Shown here: positions 1 through 11,114 of the stretch, piece after piece
Position numbering within the stretch: the stretch's first letter is position 1
How the letters are laid out: each line of letters starts with the position of its first letter
DNA from: an uncultured delta proteobacterium
GTDB taxonomy: Bacteria; Myxococcota; Myxococcia; Myxococcales; Myxococcaceae
DNA length: 64,000 nt
Assembly: GCA_963776345.1 (NCBI GenBank)
Contig: CAVZMH010000015.1
Span: 544,001-608,000, forward strand
Direction of reading: 5' to 3'
Notes under the pieces: generated by a model
What the model was told of the DNA's origin: nothing
Databases searched by the model: none
Seen by the model: the letters and a program-made list of their open reading frames with translations, nothing else
Position numbers and translations under genes: made by a program

Positions 1-333
1 CTCCCAACCGGCGGCGGTCTGCTTCTCCTCCACGATCTCCACGTCGTTGCTCTGGACGACCACCAGGCTGCCCTGGGGGAGCTTTCCCTTGACCTCGAAC
101 CTGCCCGTCTTGCCCGGGCAGAGCGCGACGCACCGGGCGGCGGCGCCGCCACCGGAGCCGATCCCGGAGAAGGTGACCTCCGGGGTCGGGTACTTTGCCT
201 TGAGCGCCTTCGAATCCAGCCCGAGCTGTTTTCGCTCGGCCGAGGCCTTCGCGTAGAACTCGGACTGGCGCTTCTGCCAGTCACCGCCGGTCGCGGGGGC
301 GGCCAGCACCAACAGCACGACGAGCCGATTCAT
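1..333 (-). CDS. Secreted hypothetical protein (5' part; runs off the window)
   Basis: ATG at 333 overlaps the stop of the upstream gene (ATGA); manual translation gives MNRLVVLLVLAAPATGGDWQKRQSEFYAKASAERKQLG... with a signal-peptide-like N-terminus; frame is open to base 1. Confidence 0.7.
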   Translation of the reverse strand, partial: MNRLVVLLVLAAPATGGDWQKRQSEFYAKASAERKQLGLDSKALKAKYPTPEVTFSGIGSGGGAAARCVALCPGKTGRFEVKGKLPQGSLVVVQSNDVEIVEEKQTAAGWE

Positions 334-1499
334 GGGACCCCTCCCTGGGGCGCCGAGTCTCGCGGAGAACCCCGTGGACCGTCCACGAGATCGGCTGGGG
401 ACAGGCCCGCTGCCGCACCGCACAGGACCGCGAGGAGGACGAGGTCCGCCGGCCGGGCGAGGGGGAAGTCGACCGTGGCCCGGGCAGCCAGCGAGGCGAG
501 ACCTGCCGCCACGCCCACCCCCTCCAGCGTGCGGCTCCGGAGCGCGGCGAGGAAGGCCGTCACGAAGAGCGCCACCAGGCCGAGCAGCCCTGCCACGCCG
601 GACTCGAGGAGCCGCTCCAGCCAGTCGTCGTGGACGTGGTCCTGGAGGCCAGCGAACCGCGACTCGGGATGCGCAGCGACGCAGGCGGGGTCGGTCGCGC
701 AGCGCGCCCGCCACCGCTCGAGCTCCCAGCCCGGCCAGAGGAGCGCCACCGCCCCCGGGCCGTGTCCCAGCCAGGGCGCCTCCGCGACATGCGGAGCGGC
801 GGTGGTCAGGAGGTACCAGCGGCCCTGCGCGGCCGAGGCTGCGGAACGGCCCGAGAGCGGAATCGCGGAGACGATGAGGCCGGCAGCGAGGGCCACCACG
901 AGCCGGCGGCGACTCCCGTCCTGCCTCGAGGCGGCGAGGGCGACCACGGCCGCGGCGCCGAGCGAGAGCGTGGTGGCGAAGGAGCGCAACAGCGCGAGCC
1001 CGAGCAGCTGGAGGGCCGCGGAGACGGCGGCGAGGCGTCCCCGCGGTCCCGAGGACCGGAGCGCGGCGACGACCGTCAGTGGACCGGTGACGCCGAGGAC
1101 CGACGCCACGAAGTCCGGGTTGCCGAGCGTCCCGTAGCGCACGAGCCTGGCGCCCTCGGCCTCGGGGCCGAAGCGCGCGAACGGGTCCACCCCCAGCGCC
1201 TGCAGCACCACGACCAGCGAGCAGAGGCCACCCGCCCACGCCACCGCCGACCAGGGGACCGGAGGCCCCGTCAGGGAGAGGCAGGCGATGAGCACCGGGG
1301 CGGCGAGCGTCCACCACGGGCTGGCCCCCTCGCTCAGAACGAGCGACAGCGCGCAGACGGCGAGGTTGGCGAGCGCGGCGAGACCCACGCTCCCCGGCCG
1401 CCGCGCCTCACGGGGGAGCAGCGCCGCGCTGGCCGCCGCGGCCAGGGCCGTGACCACCCACTTCGGCCCCGCGAAGGGGCTCGGCGCCCAGGGCCACAC
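330..1499 (-). CDS. O-antigen ligase (Wzy_C)-family polytopic membrane protein
   Basis: Multiple hydrophobic segments; GTLGNPDF, PWLGHGPG and HVHDDWLE (canonical HAHNDYL-like) motifs; true start may lie slightly upstream. Confidence 0.75.
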   Translation of the reverse strand: MWPWAPSPFAGPKWVVTALAAAASAALLPREARRPGSVGLAALANLAVCALSLVLSEGASPWWTLAAPVLIACLSLTGPPVPWSAVAWAGGLCSLVVVLQALGVDPFARFGPEAEGARLVRYGTLGNPDFVASVLGVTGPLTVVAALRSSGPRGRLAAVSAALQLLGLALLRSFATTLSLGAAAVVALAASRQDGSRRRLVVALAAGLIVSAIPLSGRSAASAAQGRWYLLTTAAPHVAEAPWLGHGPGAVALLWPGWELERWRARCATDPACVAAHPESRFAGLQDHVHDDWLERLLESGVAGLLGLVALFVTAFLAALRSRTLEGVGVAAGLASLAARATVDFPLARPADLVLLAVLCGAAAGLSPADLVDGPRGSPRDSAPQGGVP

Positions 1500-1806
1500 G
1501 ACCAGGACGACCGCGAGGACGGTGACGGCTTCAACTGCCCGGGTGCCCAGCCAGCGCAGGGTGCCAAGTGTGCCATGCCACCGCCCGCCTCGGGCCGTTG
1601 GCGCGGTCAGGTGCCCTGCAGGGCGAGGATCTGCTCCCGCGCCAGGGGGAACTCGGCGAGGAGCTCGACGAGCTGATCCACCGGTCCCCGAGCGTGGCCC
1701 GCGCCGGTCCTCCCGGGCTCACGCGCCGAGTGCGTATCCATCGGGCTTGCGCTCCGGGCGGCGCGGGAGGCTGATCGCCTCTGCAAGCGGTCGCGCGGGA
1801 GGCGCC

Positions 1807-2960
1807 ATGCACCGCTCCTGGGTGACGGCCCTGCTTCTTCCCCTCTCCGGCCAGGCCGCGGAGCCGGGCTACCTGCGACTGAAGCGTGCGGAGATCGTCG
1901 ATCGTCACGGATTCGAGAAGCCGATGCCGGCGCTCTCGGTCCTCATCCCCACCGACTGGACCTTCGACGGCGAGGTCCGCTTCGCGCAGCGGCCCGGAAA
2001 TCCCGAGGACCTGGTGAGGCTCGCCTTCCGCGCCGCGAGCCCTGACGGCCGGCTGGCCATCGAGCTGTTCCCCGGCTGGGGCTGGACCTGGGCCGACGAC
2101 CCGATGATGCGGCAGGCGATGCAGAACCAGAACGCCATGACTGCCCGGCTCGGCGGGGCACAGACGGAGATCATGCCCCCGATGTCGGCGCGTGACTTCC
2201 TGACCCGCGTGGCGGTCCCGCGGCTCCGGCCCGGCGCGAAGGTGCTCGGCACCGAGCCCATCCCCGAGCTCGACCAGGCGCTCCAGTCGCAGGTGAAGCA
2301 GGCGCAGGCGGCTCGCGGCGCAGGTCGGCGTCCAGATGCGGCTCAGGGCGGATCAGGCGCGGGCGCGGATCCAGGTCGCGCCGAGCAAGGCTCCGGCCGA
2401 GGAGTGGATCACCGCGGTCGTGTTCACCCGCTCCACGCGCGGTCCCGTCGATCAACCCGGCGACGCGGGCAGATGGTGCAGTCGGCGATGCACCAGTCGA
2501 GCGCCGAGTTCCTCTATCGGCCTGCGCGCTCCGGCCGGCGAGCTTGCCAGCGCACGAGAAGCTGTTCCACACCGTGCTCTCGACCGTCCGGGTCGACCCC
2601 GCGTGGCAGGCGCGGGTGTCGCAGGTGCAGGCCAACATCCAGGCCTCGCAGCTCCAGGGGGCCCGGGACCGATCGCGGATCATCGCCCAGTCGGCCGAGG
2701 ACACGCGCCGCATCATGCGCGACGGCTACGAGGCCCGGCAGAAGTCCGAGGACCGGAACAGCGAGCGCTGGAGCGACGCGATGCGCGGGGTCCAGACGTT
2801 CCGCAACCCCGGCACCGGCGAGGACGTGAAGCTGAGCAACGAGTACGCCCACGCCTGGGCCAGCGGAAACGGCGAGTACGTCCTCAGCGACACGCCAGGC
2901 TTCAACCCGGGGCAGGTGCTCAAAGGGAACTGGACGGAGCTCCAGCCGGTCCACCGCTGA
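1807..2960 (+). pseudogene. Conserved secreted hypothetical protein, broken by about 4 frameshifts (2310-2545)
   Basis: GGAGG RBS and signal peptide MHRSWVTALLLPLSGQAA; coding sense moves between ORFs 1288-2829, 2336-2971 and 2544-2960; may be sequencing indels. Confidence 0.6.
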
Positions 2961-2964
2961 GCGC

Positions 2965-3099
2965 CAGGTAGACGTCCGGCCGGCGGATCTCCATGGCCCG
3001 GCTGGGATCCGCACCGAAGTTGAGGGAACCCCGGATCGCCCGCTCGAGCACCGCGCGCGGGAGCCCGGGAGACCAGTACGCCGTCCGCAGGAAGCCGGC
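2965..3099 (-). pseudogene. Internally deleted GNAT acetyltransferase remnant
   Basis: GFLRTAYWSPGLPRAVLERAIRGSLNFG (family N-terminus) joined directly to ADPSRAMEIRRPDVY (family C-terminus); the acetyl-CoA-binding core is missing. Confidence 0.55.
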
Positions 3100-3262
3100 G
3101 AGGGCGCGTTCTACGGGCCCAAGCTCGAGTTCAGTCCCGTACCTGGTCGCCGCCGGACCGCGCGACGAGGCGAAGGGGTCGGTCCGCGTGCGTGGCCCGC
3201 GCGGCGAGCAGGCGCGACGTCTTGACCTGGACGTCCTTGCTCTGCCTCTTGCCACGCGATAG
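3091..3262 (+). pseudogene. thrS: Threonyl-tRNA synthetase remnant (two non-adjacent fragments)
   Basis: EAGEGAFYGPKLEF (3091-3132, ThrRS catalytic-domain signature), then out of frame VPYLVAAGPRDEAKGSVRVRG... resembling the anticodon-binding domain. Confidence 0.6.
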
Positions 3263-4468
<1,206 letters not shown>

Positions 4469-4496
4469 GGGCGAGGTCTCATCGCTCGCTGTCAGG

Positions 4497-4522
4497 GCAC
4501 CGGCGCCGTGGCGCGCCGGTGC
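4497..4522 (+). other. Intergenic stem-loop between dctP and dctQ
   Basis: GCACCGGCGC-6nt-GCGCCGGTGC perfect 10-bp stem; no U-tract. Confidence 0.45.
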
Positions 4523-4552
4523 GTGCCCCCGAACTGCACTGAGTGAGGTCCG

Positions 4553-5056
4553 ATGGAGAAGGTGACGCGCGTCATCGACCGCATCAGCCTGGTGGTTGGA
4601 CGCATCGTGGTGTGGTTCACCCTGCTGGCGGTGGCGATCATCACCTTCGAGGTGGTGTCCCGGTACGTCTTCGACAAGCCCACCAACTGGGCCCACGAGT
4701 CGATGACCCTGGTCTTCGCCATGCAGTACATCCTGGCCGGCGCCTACGCCCACTACATGCACGGCCACGTCCGGGTCGACGTCGTCTACCAGGCCCTCTC
4801 GGTGCGGAACCGGGCGCGGATGGACGTGCTGACCTCCATGCTCTTCTTCTTCTACATCGGGATCATGACCTGGACCGCCTGGTGGTTCTACTGGGATTCC
4901 CAGCAGATGCACGAGGTCTCCTTCACCGACTGGGCGCCTCCGCTCTACCCGGTGAAGTTCACGGTCTTCCTGGGGACGCTCCTCCTGCTCCTCCAGGGCC
5001 TGGCCAACTTCGTCCGTGACCTCAAGGTCGCGTTCGGCCCGGAGGCCAAGGCATGA
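4553..5056 (+). CDS. dctQ: TRAP transporter small permease
   Basis: 4 TM helices, GHVRVD motif, operon position. Confidence 0.92.
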   Translation: MEKVTRVIDRISLVVGRIVVWFTLLAVAIITFEVVSRYVFDKPTNWAHESMTLVFAMQYILAGAYAHYMHGHVRVDVVYQALSVRNRARMDVLTSMLFFFYIGIMTWTAWWFYWDSQQMHEVSFTDWAPPLYPVKFTVFLGTLLLLLQGLANFVRDLKVAFGPEAKA

Positions 5057-6372
5057 GCATCGAGCTCATCACTTTGCTCATGTTCGGGTTGCTCCTGCTG
5101 ATCCTCCTCGCCGGGATGCCGGTGGCGTTCGCGGCCGGCGGGGTGGGGATGATCTTCAGCATCGCGCTCCTCGGCTGGAACGGAGCATCCCTGGGAGTGG
5201 TGCGGACTTTCACCCTGATGAATCAGTACCTGCTCGCCGCCATCCCCCTCTTCATCTTCATGGCGTCGATCCTCGAACGCAGCGGGATCATGGAAGAGCT
5301 GTACGAGATCGTCTATCGCTGGATGGGAGGGCTACGTGGCGGCGTGGCCTCGGCCACCGTGGTCGCCTGCACCATCCTCGCGGCCATGGTCGGGGTCATC
5401 GGGGCCAGCGAGACCACCATGAGCATGATCGCCCTGCCCGAGATGTTCAAGCGGGGCTACGACCGCCGCCTGGCCATGGGTGCGGTGCTGGCCGGCGGCA
5501 CGCTGGGCATTCTCATCCCGCCGAGCGTCCTGATGATCGTCTACGGGCTGGTGGCCAACGAGTCGATCGGCCAGCTCTACGCCGGCTCGTTCCTGCCTGG
5601 CTTTCTCCTGGCTGGCCTCTACATCGTCTACATCACCATTCGCTGCTGGATAAATCCCAAGATGGGCCCGTCGGTCCCCAAGGAAGAGCGCATCTCCTTC
5701 ACCGCGAAGGTGAAGATGCTCCGGGGAATCATCGTTCCGGCCATCCTCGTGGCCCTGGTGCTGGGGGCGATGTTCGCCGGGGTCGCCTCACCCACCGAGG
5801 CCGCCGGGGTCGGCGCGGCCGGGTCGCTGATCGTCGTGGTGGCTCAGCGGAAGTTCAGCTGGCGGAAGCTCTGGGAGTCGCTGGAGGGGACGCTCAAGGC
5901 GACGGCGATGGTGATGTGGACCATCTTCGGGGCGAACCTCTTCGTCGCCATCTACGTGGCGGCCGGAGGAGCCCAGTTCGTCCAGGACACGCTGATCGGC
6001 TCCGGCCTGGGACGCTGGGGAATCCTGCTCATCATGCAGGGCATCCTGCTCTTCCTGGGATGCTTCCTGGACTGGGTGGGGATCCTGATGCTGACGGTTC
6101 CCATCTTCGTCCCGATCATCAAGACCCTGGGCTTCGATCCCATCTGGTTCGGGGTGCTCTTCTCGGTGAACCTCCAGGTCTCCTTCCTCTCACCGCCGTT
6201 CGGATACGCGCTCTTCTATCTCGCCGGGACGGTGGGGCCGAAGCTCAACATCTCCACCCACGAGATCTGGAAGTCGGCCTACCCGTTCATCGCCCTGCAA
6301 GTGCTCGGGCTCGCCCTCTGCATGATCTTTCCCGAGATCATCCTCTGGCTCCCCCACCTCCTCTACAAGTGA
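5053..6372 (+). CDS. dctM: TRAP transporter large permease
   Basis: AIPLFIFM, GGTLGILIPPS and LSPPFG motifs. Confidence 0.94.
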   Translation: MSIELITLLMFGLLLLILLAGMPVAFAAGGVGMIFSIALLGWNGASLGVVRTFTLMNQYLLAAIPLFIFMASILERSGIMEELYEIVYRWMGGLRGGVASATVVACTILAAMVGVIGASETTMSMIALPEMFKRGYDRRLAMGAVLAGGTLGILIPPSVLMIVYGLVANESIGQLYAGSFLPGFLLAGLYIVYITIRCWINPKMGPSVPKEERISFTAKVKMLRGIIVPAILVALVLGAMFAGVASPTEAAGVGAAGSLIVVVAQRKFSWRKLWESLEGTLKATAMVMWTIFGANLFVAIYVAAGGAQFVQDTLIGSGLGRWGILLIMQGILLFLGCFLDWVGILMLTVPIFVPIIKTLGFDPIWFGVLFSVNLQVSFLSPPFGYALFYLAGTVGPKLNISTHEIWKSAYPFIALQVLGLALCMIFPEIILWLPHLLYK

Positions 6373-6409
6373 CACCCGGCGCGCTCCGGAGCTCCCAGCG
6401 GCTGCCCGG

Positions 6410-6790
6410 TCAGCCAGTCGCCGCGAGCAGCGACGCCGCGGCCCGGCTCACGTCTCCGGGCTCCACCGGCTTGGAGAGGAAGGCGCTCGCGCCCGCGCCC
6501 AGCGCCCGGGCGCGCTCGGCGTCGGTCCGGTCCGTCGTCACCACCAGGATCGGAACCCCCGCCCGCCGCGCGCCCGACCGGATGTGGTGGATCAGCTTCA
6601 GCCCGTCGAGGCGCGGCATGTGGACGTCGGTGACGACCAGGTCGTACTCACCGGAGACGAAGCGCTTGAGCGCCTCGGCCCCGTCGGCCGCCTCGTCACA
6701 GGCGCCCGAGCCCAGCGCCGCCATCGCCGACACCAGCACCTGACGCGCGGCGCGCGAGTCGTCGACCACCAGAACGCGGAAACCTCTCAT
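6410..6790 (-). CDS. cheY: Single-domain response regulator (CheY-like)
   Basis: VLVVDDS...TDVHMP...FLSKP receiver motifs. Confidence 0.85.
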   Translation of the reverse strand: MRGFRVLVVDDSRAARQVLVSAMAALGSGACDEAADGAEALKRFVSGEYDLVVTDVHMPRLDGLKLIHHIRSGARRAGVPILVVTTDRTDAERARALGAGASAFLSKPVEPGDVSRAAASLLAATG

Positions 6791-6808
6791 CGGGGGCGAG
6801 ACACCAGT

Positions 6809-7243
6809 TTACAGCCCCCCTGCCCGCTCCGCAGAACGACTTGCCAGCAAACCTCGCAAATCCAGCAGCCGGCACTCGTCAGTCGTCACCCCGAGAACAC
6901 CTGGCTCCGCACCCCCGGGCCGGATCTCTGCCTCGGTGTACCGGCGCACCCCGGCCATGCCGTCCACCCGCAGGCCCAACCGGCGCCGTCCGATGCGGGC
7001 CAGGATGACCTTCGGCTTGGCGGTGCGGGGTGGGCTCCCGGCCGGGAGCAGCCGGCGAAGGTCCACGATGGGCACCGCCGTTCCGTGCACGTGCACCACG
7101 CCCTCCACGTGCGGCGGCGCATCCGCCACCGGCAGCGGGACCACCCGGGGGAGGATCTCGTCCACCCGCGCCACGTCGATGCCGTAGACCGCGTCCCCGA
7201 CCCAGAAGGCGCAGACGTCCACCGCCTGTCCCTCGGCGCTCAC
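6809..7243 (-). CDS. cheW: CheW-like coupling protein
   Basis: YGIDVARVDEIL, GVVHVHGTAVPIVDLR, LGLRVD; GTG start overlaps the upstream stop. Confidence 0.82.
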   Translation of the reverse strand: MSAEGQAVDVCAFWVGDAVYGIDVARVDEILPRVVPLPVADAPPHVEGVVHVHGTAVPIVDLRRLLPAGSPPRTAKPKVILARIGRRRLGLRVDGMAGVRRYTEAEIRPGGAEPGVLGVTTDECRLLDLRGLLASRSAERAGGL

Positions 7244-7800
7244 CGGAGCAGCCACTCCGGATCCACCACCGTGCAGGTCCCCTCGGCGGTCTGGAAAATG
7301 CCGACCACGCCTCCGGTCGGTCCGCTGTGGGGGCGCTCGAGCGCGCCGGGCCGGACCCGCTGCACCCCGCGCACCCGGTCCACCCAGAGCCCCGCGGGGC
7401 CGAGTCCGGTGCGCACGACCAGGATCCGCGCCGGCCTCGGCGGCCGCTCGCAGTCCGGACCGGCGCACACCCGGACCGTGCCCGCAACGCCCAGCCGCAG
7501 CGACGGGTCGTAGACCGGGGTGATGGTGCCCCGGAGATTGAGCACGCCGAGGAGCGGCGGCCTGGCCCGCGGAATCTCCGTCAGCGCCCGGGCGCGCAGG
7601 ATCTCCGTCACCGCCCCGAGCGCGACGGCATACTCGGACCCGTCGAGGCCGAAGATCAGCAGCTGCAGCTCCTCGGCGCCCGGCGCCCGGTCCGGCTCGA
7701 CCGACGAGGCGGGAAGCTCGACCAGGCCCGTCGTCTCCTCGTCGGGCCGGTAGCGAAACCTGGCAAACAGCTCGTCGATCGAGGAGATCGCGGCCTTCAT
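7240..7800 (-). CDS. cheW: CheW coupling protein
   Basis: MKAAISSIDEL...; YAVALGAVTEIL, GVLNLRGTITPVYD; ATG overlaps the cheA stop. Confidence 0.85.
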   Translation of the reverse strand: MKAAISSIDELFARFRYRPDEETTGLVELPASSVEPDRAPGAEELQLLIFGLDGSEYAVALGAVTEILRARALTEIPRARPPLLGVLNLRGTITPVYDPSLRLGVAGTVRVCAGPDCERPPRPARILVVRTGLGPAGLWVDRVRGVQRVRPGALERPHSGPTGGVVGIFQTAEGTCTVVDPEWLLR

Positions 7801-9785
7801 CCCTGCGCCACCAGCAGTGGCGGGCCGCGCAGCACCTCGTCGAGCAGCGCGCCCACGTCGAGCACCAGCACCGTGTGGTGGTGCCCGACCTCCGCCGCGC
7901 CCGAGATGCCGGGCACCTGGCCCAGCCGCGGCCCCAGCGCCTGGGTCACGAGGTCGCGCTGGCCGTGGAGCGCATCCACCACCAGCCCGAGCCGGCGCTC
8001 CGCCACGCCCACCACCACCAGGTACGCCGAGCCCTCCGCCCGCCTGGGCAGGCCGAAGGTCCCGGCCAGCGAGACGACGGGGATGCTCCGGCCGCGGACA
8101 GGGACGACCCGCCGCCGCTCCTCGAGTCCGGTCCGCTGCCCGTCGTACCCGAGGACGTCGAGGACGCTGCTCAGCGGCACGGCGTAGACGCGCCCGCTCA
8201 CCCCCACCAGGAGACCCCGCACCGTCGCCAGCGTCACCGGCAAGGTCACGCGGAAGGTGGTCCCCTCCCCCGCCCGGCTCTCGACGTCGATCACCCCGGA
8301 GAGCCCGGCGATGTTGGTCTTCACCACGTCCAGACCCACGCCCCGGCCCGACATCGCGCTCACCGAAGAGGCGGTGGAGAACCCGGGGCTGAAGAGCACC
8401 GCCTGCAGCTCGCGCTCGCCGGACCCGCGGGCCCGCTCCTCGTCCAGCAGCCCGCGCTGGATGGCGACCTCGCGCACCCGCGCCCAGTCGACGCCGCCGC
8501 CGTCGTCGCTGAGCGCCAGCACCACCCGGCTCCCGAGCTGCTCGGCCGAGAGGAGGATCCGCCCGGCGCGCGGCTTCCCCCGGCCCTCGCGCAGCCCTGC
8601 CGGCTCGATGCCATGATCGATGGCGTTGCGCACCAGGTGCACCAGCGGATCGCTCAGCTCCTCCACCAGCCGCTTGTCGATCTGCACCTCGGCGCCGGCG
8701 GTCTCCAGCACCACCTCCTTGCCCGCCTCGCGCGCCATCCTCCGGACCAGGCGCTGCATGCGGTCGAACAGAGGCCGGAGCGGCACCATCCGGGCCTGGA
8801 GCAGCCGCTCCTGGAGTATGTCGAGCCGCCGCACCAGCCGCCGGTGCTCGCGGAGCAGCTCCACGGTCCACGCCCGGGGCGACAGCTCCCGCGCGTCCGA
8901 CAGCCCCCGGATGGCCTCGCCGACCAGCCGGAGCTCGCCGACGTCGTCCATCAGCGCATCCAGTCGCGCGATGTCGACCCGGAGCGTGCGCGTGGCCCGG
9001 GCGGACTCCGCGCCGTCCACCGGACGCCCTGCCTCGGCCTCGGGGCCGGGCCGGCGCTCCTTCCGCACCGGAACGGGCCGCAGCTCGACTGGCACGCCCC
9101 CGAACACCGAGCGGAGCCCCGCCTCGCCCGCGCCCGAGCCGATGAGAAGCACGAACGAGAGCACGTCGACGCGATCCCCCACCGGACCGGGCAGCGTGGA
9201 GACCAGCTCGCCCACGCCCCGGAGCCGCGCCTTCAGCTGTTCCAGCTCGCGGTCGAAGGTCTCCAGCGGGTACTCCACCCGCGCCGCCCACACCAGATCT
9301 TGGCGGCGCAGCGTCTCGCGGAGCCGGTGCTCCTCGAACTCGGTCAGGACCCGGCGCATCTCCGGCGCGAGCTCGAGCCGCTCCAGCGGATCTTCCCCCA
9401 GACGCTCCGGCCCATCGTCCATGGTGGAGAGCCGCGAGGCGAGCGTCCGCGCCTCCCCGACCGCGCTCCCGGGGCTCTCGGCCAGGCGCTGGAACAGCTC
9501 CACCGCCTCGAGCAGGAGGTCCAGCCGCGAGGGCGTGAGTCGCGCCTTCCCCAGCCGGAGCCGGTCCAGGAGATCCTCCGCGGCGTGGGCCAGCTCGGCC
9601 ATCTCCTCCTGCCCGAAGGTGGCCGCGAGCCCCTTGAGCGAGTGCGCCTGCCGGAACACCGAGTTCAGCACCTCGGGGTCCGGGTCGGCCGCCGTCTTCT
9701 CGAGGAGGAGGAGGTTCCGGCCCAGCGCCTCGGCGGTCTCCACGGCCTCGGACGAGAACTCTGCCGGCGGCCGGTCGGGGCTCAC
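7797..9785 (-). CDS. cheA: Chemosensory histidine kinase CheA
   Basis: Hpt FRQAHSLKG, HLVRNAIDHGIE, GRGVGLDVVK, C-terminal CheW-like domain. Confidence 0.95.
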   Translation of the reverse strand: MSPDRPPAEFSSEAVETAEALGRNLLLLEKTAADPDPEVLNSVFRQAHSLKGLAATFGQEEMAELAHAAEDLLDRLRLGKARLTPSRLDLLLEAVELFQRLAESPGSAVGEARTLASRLSTMDDGPERLGEDPLERLELAPEMRRVLTEFEEHRLRETLRRQDLVWAARVEYPLETFDRELEQLKARLRGVGELVSTLPGPVGDRVDVLSFVLLIGSGAGEAGLRSVFGGVPVELRPVPVRKERRPGPEAEAGRPVDGAESARATRTLRVDIARLDALMDDVGELRLVGEAIRGLSDARELSPRAWTVELLREHRRLVRRLDILQERLLQARMVPLRPLFDRMQRLVRRMAREAGKEVVLETAGAEVQIDKRLVEELSDPLVHLVRNAIDHGIEPAGLREGRGKPRAGRILLSAEQLGSRVVLALSDDGGGVDWARVREVAIQRGLLDEERARGSGERELQAVLFSPGFSTASSVSAMSGRGVGLDVVKTNIAGLSGVIDVESRAGEGTTFRVTLPVTLATVRGLLVGVSGRVYAVPLSSVLDVLGYDGQRTGLEERRRVVPVRGRSIPVVSLAGTFGLPRRAEGSAYLVVVGVAERRLGLVVDALHGQRDLVTQALGPRLGQVPGISGAAEVGHHHTVLVLDVGALLDEVLRGPPLLVAQG

Positions 9786-10156
9786 GCGAGGTTCAGGTAC
9801 CGCCGGACGAGCTCCACCAGGCTGTCGGGCTGGAGCGGCTTGATCAGAAACTCGGACGCGCCGAGCTGGAGGCCGCGCTCGCGGTCGTGCGCCCGCCCCT
9901 CGCCGGTGACGATGAACAGCGGCGTCTCCCGGTAGTTGGGGTTCATCTTCACGAAGTTGATCAGCTCGAGCCCGTTGATGTCCGGCATGTTGATGTCGGT
10001 GATGATCAGGTCGAACCGGAAGCGAGGGAGAAGCTTCAGCGCGTCGAAGCCGCTGCCCGCGCAGACGACCTCCGCACCCTCGATCTGCTCGATGGTCGAG
10101 GCGATGAACTCCCGCGACGCGGTCGAGTCCTCGACGATGAGAACCTTGTGCCCCAT
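9782..10156 (-). CDS. cheY: CheY-like response regulator
   Basis: VEDS, TDINMPDINGLEL, FLIKP. Confidence 0.9.
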   Translation of the reverse strand: MGHKVLIVEDSTASREFIASTIEQIEGAEVVCAGSGFDALKLLPRFRFDLIITDINMPDINGLELINFVKMNPNYRETPLFIVTGEGRAHDRERGLQLGASEFLIKPLQPDSLVELVRRYLNLA

Positions 10157-10215
10157 TCCCCGGCCGGATCTCGAACTCTAGCAGAGTGCCGCGGGGAGAA
10201 GGGTCGGCCCGGACC

Positions 10216-10695
10216 TCACCGCGAGGGTCGCGCCGGTCCGTCCGCGAGCAGGGTGACCCGGGCGCCCCGGAACGCCGGGAGGAACGCCTCGTCGAAGGCC
10301 GAGGTCCGCTCCCGCGCGGGCACGCCGGCGCCGCCGGGGAGCTCCAGGGCGACGCTGTCCACCCGTGCGCGGTTGAGCACGTCCGCAGCCTGGGAGAGCG
10401 CGGTGCGGAGGGCTCCCGGGTGCAGCGCCTCGCCCCCGGGGCCGAGGCCCAGGACGACCACCCGCGGCGCCCCGATGCGCCCGTTCGAGGGGAGCAGCAG
10501 CGACTCGCCCCGCGTGCCCTTGAAGAAGCCGTCCACCAGGAGGCGCGAGAGCTGCCCGCAGAGCCGCCAGTCGACGTAGCCGGCGGTGCCGGTCAACGGC
10601 CGCTCGTCCTCGGGGACGAAGAGGCACAGCGTGTCCGCTGGCAGCGGATCCAGCGCTTCCAGCGACAGCGGCACGGTGCTGACGGTCGCGCTCAC
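10216..10695 (-). CDS. Peptidase M17 N-terminal-domain-only protein
   Basis: [25 protein letters not shown]...[11 protein letters not shown]...VVVLGLG; coupled to nusB. Confidence 0.7.
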   Translation of the reverse strand: MSATVSTVPLSLEALDPLPADTLCLFVPEDERPLTGTAGYVDWRLCGQLSRLLVDGFFKGTRGESLLLPSNGRIGAPRVVVLGLGPGGEALHPGALRTALSQAADVLNRARVDSVALELPGGAGVPARERTSAFDEAFLPAFRGARVTLLADGPARPSR

Positions 10696-11114
10696 CGGCG
10701 TTGCTCCACGTCCAGCGCGATGCGGTCGAGCAACCCGTTGACGAAGGCCGACGAGGCCTCGGTCCCGAACGCCTTCCCCAGCTCGACGGCCTCGTTGAGC
10801 GCCACCTTCGTCGGGATGTCCGGCCGCCACTTCAGCTCGAACACCGCGAGGCGGAGCACGTTGCGATCCACCCGCGCCATCCGGTCCAGCCTCCAGTTGT
10901 GGCTGTGTTGCTCGATGAGCCCGTCGATCTCCTCGCGGTGCTCGATGACGCCGCGGACCAGCTCCAGCGCGAACCGCTGCGCCTCGGGCTCCGGCGGCCC
11001 CTCGGGCTCGGCGTTCCAGGCGGTCTCGAGCGCGTCCTCGGGGCGCAGCGCGCTCATCTCCATCTGGTAGAGCGCCTGGAGCGCACGCTCCCGTCCGGTG
11101 CGGCGAGCCCCCAT
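10692..11114 (-). CDS. nusB: Transcription antitermination factor NusB
   Basis: [37 protein letters not shown]. Confidence 0.95.
   Translation of the reverse strand: MGARRTGRERALQALYQMEMSALRPEDALETAWNAEPEGPPEPEAQRFALELVRGVIEHREEIDGLIEQHSHNWRLDRMARVDRNVLRLAVFELKWRPDIPTKVALNEAVELGKAFGTEASSAFVNGLLDRIALDVEQRR

Noticed and set aside
1607..1741. 44-aa minus-strand ORF MDTHSAREPG...QILALQGT
   Set aside because: No RBS or recognisable family; could be a gene fragment but cannot be supported
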